Of a stretch of DNA of 64,000 bases, positions 26,741 to 36,737 are shown in pieces. Origin of the DNA: a virus. The stretch is taken from positions 3,659-67,658 of the IMG/VR virus record IMGVR_UViG_3300044691_000229, one strand, 5' to 3'. The notes under the pieces were generated by a model. It did not search any database and had not been told where the DNA came from. It saw only the letters and a program-made list of their open reading frames with translations. Both the position numbers and the translations under genes were made by a program. Each line of letters begins with the position of its first letter. Positions within the stretch are counted from its first letter, which is position 1.

Positions 26741-29700
26741 TCACCTACCAAACACATGATCAATTAGCCCTTCGAGAGGGCCATGGCCCCCCTGCCGGTA
26801 CCTCTGGGTGACGTCCTTGTGGCTCGTAATCGGTATTTTTCGCTCGTATTTCGCGGCCTTCGGGCTGACGTCCTTGATGTCCAGCGCCTGGTCGCGGATG
26901 GTGCGCCCAACGACCTTTGCGGCGCCCACGAGGCCCTTATCGTCAGGCCCTGCCTTCTTTGCCGTGGTGGCCAGCATGTTGTAGGGAGCCACGAGCCCAC
27001 GGGCCCAGTGTTCGCCTTCGGAGCCAATCGCCCTAGCCGCGCCGGCCACATGGCCCCTAGCGCCCTCCCTGACGTCCCCAGGCTCTACAATTGGCTTGCC
27101 TCGCCAGTCGTGATTGGCCAGGGCCTGTCCAGCGGTAGAGACCAGCGGTGACAGCGTGACGGCAGCGCGCGCCGGCGCCGCGATATCATCCTTGCCGTTC
27201 AGTGCACCCGCGATTTTGGACGGTATCGTGAGCGGGCCGCGGCGAGGTGCCTCGGCGTTATCGTTGCCAGTTAGCTTCTTGAACCCCTCGTCGGCCAGCG
27301 GTGCAAGGATCATCGCCATCAACCCGATGGACATGAGCTTGCCAGCTGCCTCGACCCGGTCGCCCATCGTCGAACGCGGAGAGATCAGGCCCTTGGCCAT
27401 GGAGGCATAGGCGTTGATCATGCCGTGGTGGTAGCGGCTGAACGTGAACATCGAGTTGTTGAAGAATTGCTGCGCGAGAAAGCGGCTACCGAACAGCTTG
27501 GTCGGCGCGCGGTAGTTCGGGATGTCGCGCTCCGCGTCAATGAGCGCCTCCTGCATGGGGAGTTTTTTGCGCTGTAGCTCGCGCAGCCGCAGCGTCTCCA
27601 TCACGTCACTGGCGGCCCACATCGACCCTTCGACATGCCGATAAACCGAGTTCACCAAATCCATCATCGGGACGCCGAACTTATCGGCAACGGGGCCCCA
27701 ACGCGACGGGTTACGCTCGACTTCCAGACCAAAGGCCTTCGCAAGTTGCCCCGGCATGTCGCGTGTCAACACTTTCCCGTAGACGGTGCCCGCACCGTTG
27801 ATGTTCATTTTGCGCTGGTAGCGCCCCTGCCGCAGCACGTCCTGCACTGCGAAGGGGATGTCGTGCAGGATCGCCATGGTCTTCGGGATCGATAGGTTGT
27901 CCCACCCGCGGCTGGCGAAGGTATGGCCGCCCACGTTGCCGATGGCATGGGCCGTCGGCGAGATGAAGATCAGCTTGGTCACAGCTGCGTTGAGCTTCTG
28001 CCACCACCCCTGAGGCTGGCCGGCGAAGTCATCGAACACCGCCCTCATATCAGGGTGCATATACATCCCTTCGAAGTTCGGCATGGTGGTCGGCGCCCAG
28101 CCGTCCTTCCTCTGCTCAGAGGTTGGGTGCTTGGTGCTCCACGTCTTGAACGCCTCTGAGTTCATGATGTTAGAGAGCACCTGTAGATGTCGCGCCATCG
28201 AGCCCATCTGGGCATTGGTCACCATGGCAGCGAAGCCTGCATCGTGGAAATACTTCGGCGCCTTCTTGTTGATCAGGACGTTGGCAGTCTTCTCGTCGGC
28301 CATCGCATGCCGCATCGTAAAGTCGATCTTCTGACCGTTCTTGGCAGTGACGGAGAACGCCTTCCCGTTCTCGAACTCAAAGCCAGGGTCAACGATGCGC
28401 GCGCGTTTGCCGTTCTCCCATAGGTCATAGCCCTTGTCGGTCGGCTCAACGATGAACCGCTTGCCGTCCGCATTGCGGGCGAGAGCGAAATACTTGCGGT
28501 CCTCAGCGGCGCTCGCGTTCACGGACAAGCCGCGATAGTGGCCCTGCTCCATCGGGTTGTCCCGATCCCGAAGCATGTTGAACTGATCGTCTGTGTCGCC
28601 GTTCATGATGTGGGCGACATGGTGCTCCATCGACGGATCGATCCGCTCTGGGTCAAGCGTATGGATGTTCTTGGCGTATGTGTCGTTCTCTTTGAACACG
28701 GGAGCCAGGTGCTTGTCGTATAGCGCCTTGAGATCGGCCGGCAGGCTCTCGACGTTGGTCTTGCCAGGCTGCTTGCCGGGAAGATCGACGTGAGCGTTAT
28801 CTGCATCGCGGGCCTGAAACACCTTCTCACGGGCAGCGCTATCGAACGCCTTCTTCGGCCACTCCCTGACAGACTTGTTCAAGGTGCTGGCCCAGCTGTT
28901 CACATCGAGCTTGCCGGTACGATGCAGGTCCGTGTTGAGTGACCGCATATAGTCGTCACGAACGCCCTCGCTCTTCCAGGCAAGGAAGCTCTTGTGCGGC
29001 GTCTTCTTCATACTGTCGACGTGGCGGGTCAGATCAGTTGCGTTGAGTAGCCGCTTAAAGTCGTTGTAGACTTTCCCGATGTCTACCGATGCACGATCGT
29101 CGGTCATGAAGTGAGTGAAAAGGTCCTGCGCTACACGCTGAACCTTTGGCTCAGGCGGCGGGCCTTCTCGTGCGATGACGCCACCTTCACGCCCCTTCGC
29201 CTTGTTGACAGCGTCAAGCAGGCGTTGGACTTCAGCTGGATCGCTGATCTTGATAGGTCGCGGTTCAGAGGCCTTGCGCGCCTCGGATGGCACGTTGGCG
29301 CTCTCCGACTTCTTGCCGGCCAGCTTTGCAGCCTCGGCCTTGCGCATGGCAGCGGCACTGATTTTGTTGGTGTCGATATCAGTCAGTGAAGTATCGCCGG
29401 CGTCAACTGTCTTGCGGGGAAGCTCCTCCATGTCGGCCGGGGTCTTCACAGGCGTGCGCTCGACCATGCTCTCCGCTTCTTCGTGCGGCACGTCGAAGCC
29501 AGGCGCGCGCTTGGCATCGAGATACTCCGCCATATTGTCTTCTTCGGTGTTCAGGCCGCCTTCGTTGGCGCGCTGGTTCTCGGCAACACCAACGGCCTTG
29601 TCGCCGGCGTTTCGGTTCAGCGCGATGTCGGCATCGACCCGATTACCGCCACGGTAATTTTCCACGTCTTCGTCGTTGCCGCGCAGAAGGCGCTCGGCCT

Positions 29701-31879
29701 CGCGGAATTTCTTGACGTTGCCAGGAGTAGCGTTGGAGAGGACCTTCTTGGCTTCCTTTGCCCACATCCACTCCTTCGGCGGTTTCGCTGGTCCGCGATC
29801 CCATCCTTCCGGCTTAAGCGCTTCTTTGGGGCCCTTGATGCGATCAAGGAGTTCGCCGTTGGTCTCGTCGTCTGGCTTCAGTTGTCCAGGCAAGGAGGCC
29901 TTCTCATACCAGTCGACCACCGCCTTGTGACCGCGGGATCGCGCCTCCGCGAGCGGCTTGGTGTTCGCTGTTGACCCGGGTAGACCCTCGACTGGGAAAT
30001 TTGCTGAGAAGCCGGTTTTGCTCGGGACGCCATACTTGCGCGTGCGCTTGCCCTCGATCGCCTTGGCGACCTGCTCATCCGGTGCTGCAAGCAGTTGATC
30101 TGCCTCCGCGTCTTTGCCCTGCGCCCTCAACCTCTGCACGGTGTCTTGCACAACCGCGCGCTCTTTCACTGGCTTGGAGGGAGCTGGGACCGGGGCGCCG
30201 TAGGGCTTCCTCTTGGAGGCGCCCTTCAGCCACTGCGTCAACTCGTCGGGGGACACTTCAGTGATGTCATGCAGGCGAGCAAGACCCTTCTCGTCGGAGA
30301 ACGCCTTCAGATAGGTGTCGCGCGCGTCGTCAAGGTCCTTGGCGTTAGCCATGACTTTGTGTTCATCGAACTTGCCAGTGTCAGGGTTACGCTGGTCAAC
30401 GATGAAGTGCTTGTCGCCGTTGCGAAGATTGTAGACGTCGACGTGATCCTTGTCGGCCCCGACGGTCTTCCGGAAGTAGCCGTAGTCAGCCGGCAGGGTG
30501 CTGGTCCACGGCTTGCCTTCGGCATCGGTGCCTGATCGCTCAGAGCCCTTCATGTTCTCGTAGGCAACCTCATGCCCTAGCAGGCGTTCGCGCGCCTTCG
30601 CGTAATTCCCTGCTTCCTTCTGACCCTCGGTCGGATCAGGATTGGTCTTGCCCTTGAGCTCTGGCCGCTCAGGCATAGGAGTAGCTTCGTTCTCGCCAGT
30701 AGCCACAGGTTCGCCAGGCTTGGGGAAGCCAGTTTCAACAGTCGGTTCGCCGTGGAGCTCCGACGCAAGAGGAGCTCCACCACGCGGGGCCATGTTTGGT
30801 GCCGGCTCTTCTTCAACGGGAGCAGGGGGAGCCGCTGGTTTTGGAGCGGTCTGCTCCGGATTTGCCGCTTCCAGTGCCGCACTGGTCGCCGGGTCCATGT
30901 CTCCCTTGGTCAGCATATCGCTCTGGGAAGGCTCATAATTCGCCTGCGCTATCTCGCGCGCTTCGGCCTCAGTGAGGCTTTCTTCGTGTGCAAATTGCCG
31001 CATGGCCTCGGGATCAGATAGGGCTTCGGCATAGCGTGCTTGTTCGGACGGCGAATTGGATTTGGCATAAACGCGCGAGGAGCGCGCCGGCGCGCTCTGC
31101 GGGTTGCCAGTTGTGCTCTGGTCGGGCCCGGGCGGCGGCTCAACCATTGAGGTGTCACCCACCGCGGTATACGGCGTGGTGTCGTCGACATCGGCGTGCG
31201 CCGGGGCTGCAGCGGGGTTGACTGGCATATTGGGGCGGCCTGGGACCATCCGTTCGGCTGCACCGTGAACGGCGCGCGTCGCGCGATTGCCGCCCGGAAA
31301 CACGCCACCGAACACCATGTCAGCCCCAACGCGCTTTGGATCGATACCTTGCCCTGAAGCAGCCTGCTGACCGACGCTGAATGCGCCCATAACACCGGCG
31401 TTAATGCCGCGCTGGGCGAGCGTCCCGACCGGATTACCGACAAACGGGGTAACTTCACCAGCCCAATCGGCGATCGGGTGCGCCTCGGCATTGGCTTCTT
31501 GCTGGGGACGATCATCTAGCGCCGGGATGAAGTCTTTGGCCACGTCCTGGGCTTTGCTTGCAGCGTAGCCGCCGGCGAGGGCACCAACAGCACCAGCGGC
31601 AAGAGAGCCGATTGGTCCCAGTGGGGCGCCGTATAGCGCAGCGGCTCCAGCACCTGCCAGCGCGCCGCCGGCCACAGCACCTGTCGCGGGGACTACAGAG
31701 CTTGCAGCCTTTCTGGCGAACGTCGCGGGGGCGCCTTCAGGCTCAGGATGGTCCGGAAGATCGTCCCATGAAGGCAACTCATCCCAGGCAGGGCGAGCCG
31801 ATTGCGACGCCTGCTGGGGCTCCGCATCGGGTAGATCGTCCCACGAAGGTAAGTCGTCCCACGCTGGTCTGGCGGCCAT
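26741..31879 (-). CDS. Large internal virion/ejection (polyvalent-type) protein with inorganic pyrophosphatase-like domain
   Basis: 1712 aa; PT..QKEAGNY.K...EN.KGS.RSG...W...YGY...GADKDHVDV...VDQ...FDEHKVM matches the InPase domain of polyvalent proteins. Confidence 0.8.
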   Translation of the reverse strand: MAARPAWDDLPSWDDLPDAEPQQASQSARPAWDELPSWDDLPDHPEPEGAPATFARKAASSVVPATGAVAGGALAGAGAAALYGAPLGPIGSLAAGAVGALAGGYAASKAQDVAKDFIPALDDRPQQEANAEAHPIADWAGEVTPFVGNPVGTLAQRGINAGVMGAFSVGQQAASGQGIDPKRVGADMVFGGVFPGGNRATRAVHGAAERMVPGRPNMPVNPAAAPAHADVDDTTPYTAVGDTSMVEPPPGPDQSTTGNPQSAPARSSRVYAKSNSPSEQARYAEALSDPEAMRQFAHEESLTEAEAREIAQANYEPSQSDMLTKGDMDPATSAALEAANPEQTAPKPAAPPAPVEEEPAPNMAPRGGAPLASELHGEPTVETGFPKPGEPVATGENEATPMPERPELKGKTNPDPTEGQKEAGNYAKARERLLGHEVAYENMKGSERSGTDAEGKPWTSTLPADYGYFRKTVGADKDHVDVYNLRNGDKHFIVDQRNPDTGKFDEHKVMANAKDLDDARDTYLKAFSDEKGLARLHDITEVSPDELTQWLKGASKRKPYGAPVPAPSKPVKERAVVQDTVQRLRAQGKDAEADQLLAAPDEQVAKAIEGKRTRKYGVPSKTGFSANFPVEGLPGSTANTKPLAEARSRGHKAVVDWYEKASLPGQLKPDDETNGELLDRIKGPKEALKPEGWDRGPAKPPKEWMWAKEAKKVLSNATPGNVKKFREAERLLRGNDEDVENYRGGNRVDADIALNRNAGDKAVGVAENQRANEGGLNTEEDNMAEYLDAKRAPGFDVPHEEAESMVERTPVKTPADMEELPRKTVDAGDTSLTDIDTNKISAAAMRKAEAAKLAGKKSESANVPSEARKASEPRPIKISDPAEVQRLLDAVNKAKGREGGVIAREGPPPEPKVQRVAQDLFTHFMTDDRASVDIGKVYNDFKRLLNATDLTRHVDSMKKTPHKSFLAWKSEGVRDDYMRSLNTDLHRTGKLDVNSWASTLNKSVREWPKKAFDSAAREKVFQARDADNAHVDLPGKQPGKTNVESLPADLKALYDKHLAPVFKENDTYAKNIHTLDPERIDPSMEHHVAHIMNGDTDDQFNMLRDRDNPMEQGHYRGLSVNASAAEDRKYFALARNADGKRFIVEPTDKGYDLWENGKRARIVDPGFEFENGKAFSVTAKNGQKIDFTMRHAMADEKTANVLINKKAPKYFHDAGFAAMVTNAQMGSMARHLQVLSNIMNSEAFKTWSTKHPTSEQRKDGWAPTTMPNFEGMYMHPDMRAVFDDFAGQPQGWWQKLNAAVTKLIFISPTAHAIGNVGGHTFASRGWDNLSIPKTMAILHDIPFAVQDVLRQGRYQRKMNINGAGTVYGKVLTRDMPGQLAKAFGLEVERNPSRWGPVADKFGVPMMDLVNSVYRHVEGSMWAASDVMETLRLRELQRKKLPMQEALIDAERDIPNYRAPTKLFGSRFLAQQFFNNSMFTFSRYHHGMINAYASMAKGLISPRSTMGDRVEAAGKLMSIGLMAMILAPLADEGFKKLTGNDNAEAPRRGPLTIPSKIAGALNGKDDIAAPARAAVTLSPLVSTAGQALANHDWRGKPIVEPGDVREGARGHVAGAARAIGSEGEHWARGLVAPYNMLATTAKKAGPDDKGLVGAAKVVGRTIRDQALDIKDVSPKAAKYERKIPITSHKDVTQRYRQGGHGPLEGLIDHVFGR
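29643..29657. repeat. Dispersed palindrome copy TTACCGCCACGGTAA
   Basis: Perfect arms; coding (NYRGGN). Confidence 0.95.
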
Positions 31880-31880
31880 C

Positions 31881-33293
31881 TTACTTCAGAGCCTCGTATT
31901 CCTCTTTGGTGTAGAGCTTCCCGTTAAACATCTTCTTAGGTCCGCCGGCGCCACCTTGCGGCTTAGCCTGCGCCGCAGGTTGTGCGGGCGCCGCGGGGCG
32001 CTGTTGTGGCGCGGGAGCTTGCTGTTGCGGTTCGGGAGTGGCCGTAACCATCTTATCCCACACCTGTTGCTCCGGTGCAGTAAGGCTTTCGCCGCTCATC
32101 TTTTTGGTGATGAGCCCCTTCATGGCCAGCGTCTGCCCGTTCCGAATGCCGGCAGCTTCCTGCTGGGCAACATGCGCCTGCATGTTATATAGCGCAGATT
32201 TCTCACGAGCCGCGCTGTAGTTCTTAGATTTCTCCACTCCCGCTGCGGCAGTAACTTCTGCAGCTTTCACGCGACTACCGCCAGTAGCTTCGTTGCCCTG
32301 GACGCGGAAGGTGCCCTGGATGTTTGCAACATCCTTCTTGTTCGTAAGCTCGGCTTCCTTCTGCTCCTGCGCCGTCATCCATTGTTCTTGCTGCTGCAGA
32401 GAGCCCGGGAACAACCGCGCCGCACGCGTCCTCATCTGCGGATCGTATCCAGTAGTGTCCGGAGCTGGCTCCGGCACCTCGTCGCTGCCCGATAGGTTCA
32501 AGCTCGACGGCGTCTTTCCGACGTTGGTCTTCGGCCGCTGCGTCTCGCCAGCGGGAGCACCTCTATAGGGGACACCGGTTACGGCCCCGGCCTGCGAAAG
32601 GCGCTGTAGCGTCGCGGGGACGCTGGCTTGTTGGAGTTTATCCCACTGGCCGTCATGGCCGACATCGGTATACTGCTTGAACTGGTCTACCGTTAGCGGG
32701 ATTTGCTGCGGCTGCGACGTTCCCGGCATTGTTACCGTGGCGGTAACACCGTTCTGCGAGGGGCTAAATTTTACATTGGACCCATCGGGGATGTGCTGCT
32801 CGGCCTGGTTCGCAGCGTCGATCGCAGCGTTGAGATCAGCCGGTTTTTGCGGGGAACCAATGAGGGCAGCGTGGGCAAACGACTGCTTAGCCATGAAGGC
32901 TTTGCGGTGTGCCTGCAACAATTGCCATTGCTTGGCGACGTCACCCGCTTGGTCGAGACCGATAAGATTGCGGTCTCCCGGCGCCATCTGTCCTTGAGGG
33001 TCAACTTGCTGGCCAACTTGATCGATCGCCTGGAGGGGGGCGGCGTCGGCACCTAGCAAATAGCTGACGATGCGCTTCATGTTCCCCGGGACGTTCGCGG
33101 GATTTAGGTCAGGCGTAAAATGCTGCTGACCGGCCGGCTGCTGACCGCCACCGGGCACAACTGGAGCGGCCCCAGAGTTGTCATCGGGGGTCGCCGCAAC
33201 GGGAGCTGCGCCGGAGTTGTCAGCCTGCTGGCTGTCGTCCCCAGTATCGATCGCCGCTTCGTTGTCAGTATCGTCTTCAATGCCGGCCATCAC
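31881..33293 (-). CDS. Putative internal virion/ejection protein
   Basis: Gln/Ala-rich, 470 aa, upstream of the giant protein. Confidence 0.65.
   Translation of the reverse strand: MMAGIEDDTDNEAAIDTGDDSQQADNSGAAPVAATPDDNSGAAPVVPGGGQQPAGQQHFTPDLNPANVPGNMKRIVSYLLGADAAPLQAIDQVGQQVDPQGQMAPGDRNLIGLDQAGDVAKQWQLLQAHRKAFMAKQSFAHAALIGSPQKPADLNAAIDAANQAEQHIPDGSNVKFSPSQNGVTATVTMPGTSQPQQIPLTVDQFKQYTDVGHDGQWDKLQQASVPATLQRLSQAGAVTGVPYRGAPAGETQRPKTNVGKTPSSLNLSGSDEVPEPAPDTTGYDPQMRTRAARLFPGSLQQQEQWMTAQEQKEAELTNKKDVANIQGTFRVQGNEATGGSRVKAAEVTAAAGVEKSKNYSAAREKSALYNMQAHVAQQEAAGIRNGQTLAMKGLITKKMSGESLTAPEQQVWDKMVTATPEPQQQAPAPQQRPAAPAQPAAQAKPQGGAGGPKKMFNGKLYTKEEYEALK
32732..32746. repeat. Dispersed palindrome copy TTACCGTGGCGGTAA (inverted core)
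   Basis: Perfect arms; coding (VTATVT). Confidence 0.95.
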
Positions 33294-34042
33294 GCTGTCT
33301 CCTCGGTGTCGATCGCCTGCTGGCTGTCGCCATCTCCATTGTCCGCAAGAGGGCGCGTCTGCCGCTGTCCGAACGGATTGTCCGTCGGAGGCAGGGGTCC
33401 TGGCGCCGGCTGGTCCGGAGGGAGGCCGCTATCCGACGGGTTACCCGGCCGGGACGGCATAGCATCGGCTCTCTTACCGAACGGGTTCGATGTCGGCGGG
33501 AGCGGGCCCGGCATGGGCTGCACGGGAGCGGCGCCACTCTCCGACTGGTTGCCCGGTCGGGCAGGCATACGCCCGTTCTGGTAGCCGGCGTCTGCGGTCT
33601 GGATACCGCCGCCTTCGTTGTCGCCACCGCCGAGACCGTGAAGTTTGCGCCCGTAGGCCAGGACGCCATCAACGGTGCTAAGCGCTTTCTGGATTGCATC
33701 TTGCTGCGGTGAGCCGTTGCTGTCGCCGCCATCTCCGACGTCGCCGCCATCTTCGAAAGAGAGGCCTGCGGCAGAGTAGGCTTGACGGTATGCACCGAGA
33801 TTGGCCGGGTTCATCGAGAAGCCGCCACCTACGGAAGAAGTCGGCTTCTGTGCGGATGCTTGCTCGTAAGCCGCATCGTTGGAAGGATTGGTCCCATAAG
33901 ATGGGCTACCCAACTGGCCGCTCCAGTCGCCACCTGACGACGGAGCAGCGGGAGCGGGTACAACTGAACCAGCTGAGCCAGTTGATGTGTTCACACCGCC
34001 AGCACCGGCAGCACCGTCCTGTGAAAAATCACGCGGGGGCAT
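33290..34042 (-). CDS. Low-complexity putative internal virion protein
   Basis: Gly/Ser/Pro-rich with a duplicated MP.RPGN...PGPLPPT.NPFG.R unit. Confidence 0.65.
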   Translation of the reverse strand: MPPRDFSQDGAAGAGGVNTSTGSAGSVVPAPAAPSSGGDWSGQLGSPSYGTNPSNDAAYEQASAQKPTSSVGGGFSMNPANLGAYRQAYSAAGLSFEDGGDVGDGGDSNGSPQQDAIQKALSTVDGVLAYGRKLHGLGGGDNEGGGIQTADAGYQNGRMPARPGNQSESGAAPVQPMPGPLPPTSNPFGKRADAMPSRPGNPSDSGLPPDQPAPGPLPPTDNPFGQRQTRPLADNGDGDSQQAIDTEETA

Positions 34043-34045
34043 GGT

Positions 34046-35719
34046 TTACCTCATCATATTCTGTTGGGGAGCCGTTTGCTGCGGCTTCGCCGGCGCCATC
34101 ACGCGCTTCTTGCGCGACTGGTCGATCAAGTTCTGGAAGAACTCCTGGCCCTTCCACAGCGCGACATCCTGCGGGATGACGAACTCGTGTGCGTTCAAAT
34201 TCATGTGCTGTCCGCGGGGACCCTGCGCCTGTACGTCGTCAACACGTTGTCCGCCAGACGGGCTCATCGCGGCAGGGACGGGACCGCCTGCTGCAAAGCC
34301 AGTATCTCCGTAAGACGACATGTCGACGCCGGAGCCGCTACCCCAGTCAGTGTTGGAAGGGTCATAGCCAGAATTATCGCCAGAGAATGGATCACTGTTA
34401 GTGGAACCAGTATAGTCTCCCCAGCCAGTGGCTTGGTTGGCGCTCTGGTCATAGTTGTATGCACCGAGACCGCTCTGGTCCGTGCCGCCGCCTCCAGTCC
34501 AATCTGATCCGACACCGCCACCGAACGTCTGGTCAGGGGTTCCGGTGGGGTTATAGGTGTTGCCGTTGCCCCAGTCTTGGCCGTAGCTGTTGCCGAAGGC
34601 GCCAGCGCCCTGGTCCGTGCCACTGCCATAATCGCCCGCAAACGCGTCGGGCCCATTGCCTGGAAGCCCGTATAGGCCAGCATCAGGGTTAGCATAAAAC
34701 CCGCCAAGAGCATCGTTGCTCGGCCAGCCACCCGCACCTTGATCAGAACCGTTCCCCATATTTTGCAGGCCGCTTTTATCATAGTTGCTGATCTGCAGGG
34801 AGTTTGGCTGGCTCCCGCCGCGCGACGCAGAAGCGCCGCCTTCGACCCCACCGCCGCCATGTTGTGGCATCCACGCGGGAGTAGACGCGGCATTGCCGGC
34901 GTTGTTACCTGGGCCTGGGTTACCGCCACCGCCACCGCCGCCACCGCTCTTGTCGGGGGACGAAGACGAGCCGCTGCCGTGCGACTGAGATTGTGAATTG
35001 TTCCCGGAGAACGGTAGCTTCACGCCCATCGCCGTCTGGAGATACTTGTCTGGGAGCGACATCAGGTTGGCGCCGGTGTTCGCGTTCGCGAGCGTCGCAT
35101 TCGTCGCGCCGGTGTTGGCCTGGATCGCCGTGTTGTTGACGTTCGCGATGGCAGCGGGGAGCGTCGCGCCGACCTGCACGGCCTCGCTGCGGAGTTTTTG
35201 ACCAGTTGCGATGTCGGCGTTGCGTTGCGTGTTCTCGGCGCCTGCGACGTTCGCCGCATTCTGTACCGCTGCGGCTTTGTCGAGCGCGGCATAGCGGCCG
35301 GAAGACGGATCAATACCGTACGACTGCAGCTGCTGCTCGCTGTTCTTCAGCGCCTGGTCACCCGCCTGCGCCTGTGTCGCGCCGGCTTGGCCCATGTCGA
35401 CCGCCATGCGCTGCGGCGACGCATATGAGTTGGCGTCCGCGACGAGCTGCGCGTTCTCCGGAGCAAAAAGATTATTGTACTGGCCAGTGAGGGTGTTCGA
35501 GAGCCCGAGCATCTGTTGGGATACGTTGAAGAAGTTCCCCACCGCCTGGTTGGTGATCTGGGACGTCTGCTGGAAGACACCTTGCGCCCAGCTATACATC
35601 TGGTTCGCGAGCCCGGATGCAACGCTGGAAATCTGGTCGATAATAGCATTTTCGGGGGTCTCGACGGGTGACGTCTGCGACGTCGAGTTGCTGTTACTGG
35701 AGTTTACGGACATGGACAT
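34046..35719 (-). CDS. Putative internal virion/ejection protein
   Basis: Ala/Gln helical N-terminus, Gly-rich middle, C-terminal DDV.A...EFVIP motif. Confidence 0.65.
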   Translation of the reverse strand: MSMSVNSSNSNSTSQTSPVETPENAIIDQISSVASGLANQMYSWAQGVFQQTSQITNQAVGNFFNVSQQMLGLSNTLTGQYNNLFAPENAQLVADANSYASPQRMAVDMGQAGATQAQAGDQALKNSEQQLQSYGIDPSSGRYAALDKAAAVQNAANVAGAENTQRNADIATGQKLRSEAVQVGATLPAAIANVNNTAIQANTGATNATLANANTGANLMSLPDKYLQTAMGVKLPFSGNNSQSQSHGSGSSSSPDKSGGGGGGGGNPGPGNNAGNAASTPAWMPQHGGGGVEGGASASRGGSQPNSLQISNYDKSGLQNMGNGSDQGAGGWPSNDALGGFYANPDAGLYGLPGNGPDAFAGDYGSGTDQGAGAFGNSYGQDWGNGNTYNPTGTPDQTFGGGVGSDWTGGGGTDQSGLGAYNYDQSANQATGWGDYTGSTNSDPFSGDNSGYDPSNTDWGSGSGVDMSSYGDTGFAAGGPVPAAMSPSGGQRVDDVQAQGPRGQHMNLNAHEFVIPQDVALWKGQEFFQNLIDQSRKKRVMAPAKPQQTAPQQNMMR

Positions 35720-35765
35720 AGGTCGGGCCCCTTAAAATGGCCCTTCCACAGCTAACCTGGGGGTC

Positions 35766-35781
35766 TTAAGTGGGGGTTAAC
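35766..35781. promoter_or_regulatory. CtrA-type box TTAA-N7-TTAAC
   Basis: TTAA GTGGGGG TTAAC, ~47 bp upstream of the 35719 start. Confidence 0.6.
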
Positions 35782-35784
35782 CCC

Positions 35785-36375
35785 TCAGAACGGCCCGGTC
35801 ACTTGGAGGGTGGCCGGATCAATGATGAAGTCGGCCGAGCCGCTCCGGTTAAAATTCTTGAACTTAGAAGACTGAATTGGGGGGCTAGTTGGAGGCTGAA
35901 CAATAGACCCAACCGGGATACCAGCCTTAAGTGCATTTTTCTGTATCGTCTCTACGAAAGCCAGCGGGGTCGAGACGGATGTTGTACACCTGGCTCGGAT
36001 GCGAAATGGCTGTGCCATCAACAAGGCAGTCAGCTGTAAAAATACCTGAACCTCGGAGCGCATCACATACCCGAACCCGGTCATATGCGCTCCGGCCGCG
36101 GTAGTAAGCTGTTTGTGCAGATCAGAATTGGTAACCGTATGAGACCCGCCCAAGGGCAAAGTGTACCATGGTCCCACCGGAGAACCGCTTTGTATCAGGT
36201 TAAAGCCTGGCGTCCCGCCCGCCATACCGGGAAAATCGAACGACAAACTGGTGCCATGATCACCGACGGTGGCCGACGCTACGATGGAAAACCATTGGCC
36301 GCCAAAATGAACGTCCGTGATCTCCTGAAAGAAATCCAATTCATAAGGATTATCCATCAGCGGTTCCAAGTCCAA
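35785..36375 (-). CDS. Hypothetical virion-associated protein
   Basis: Beta-rich ORF in the tail block. Confidence 0.6.
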   Translation of the reverse strand: MDLEPLMDNPYELDFFQEITDVHFGGQWFSIVASATVGDHGTSLSFDFPGMAGGTPGFNLIQSGSPVGPWYTLPLGGSHTVTNSDLHKQLTTAAGAHMTGFGYVMRSEVQVFLQLTALLMAQPFRIRARCTTSVSTPLAFVETIQKNALKAGIPVGSIVQPPTSPPIQSSKFKNFNRSGSADFIIDPATLQVTGPF

Positions 36376-36737
36376 GTCTGCTTGGTGTCTTTGTTGACCA
36401 TATTGAGCTTGTTGATCTGGTTGACCTCGACGAAGTTACCCGTGCTTGGATCGTTGTTCTGATATATTTTCACTTTATGTTCGACGCGGCTCTGTTCGAC
36501 CCAAGTACCTTTCGCACTGCTGTCTTTGCCGGCTTGCCCCGCCGCGCCGCGCGGACCCTGCGGCCCTTGAGCCAGCTGGCCCGTGAGGATCATGATGACC
36601 TGCCGCATCGCGTTCACAGTGCGATGGAGAGACTGCAAGTCGGCCGTCGCCGGCGGGATCGCAGGCAGGTTCGTAGGTCCAGGCTGACCTATCTGGTTTA
36701 CCGGCGGGATGTGACAGACGGGTCCTACGCTGCTCAT
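36357..36737 (-). CDS. Hypothetical protein with a short collagen motif
   Basis: GPQGPRGAAGQAGKD. Confidence 0.7.
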   Translation of the reverse strand: MSSVGPVCHIPPVNQIGQPGPTNLPAIPPATADLQSLHRTVNAMRQVIMILTGQLAQGPQGPRGAAGQAGKDSSAKGTWVEQSRVEHKVKIYQNNDPSTGNFVEVNQINKLNMVNKDTKQTWTWNR

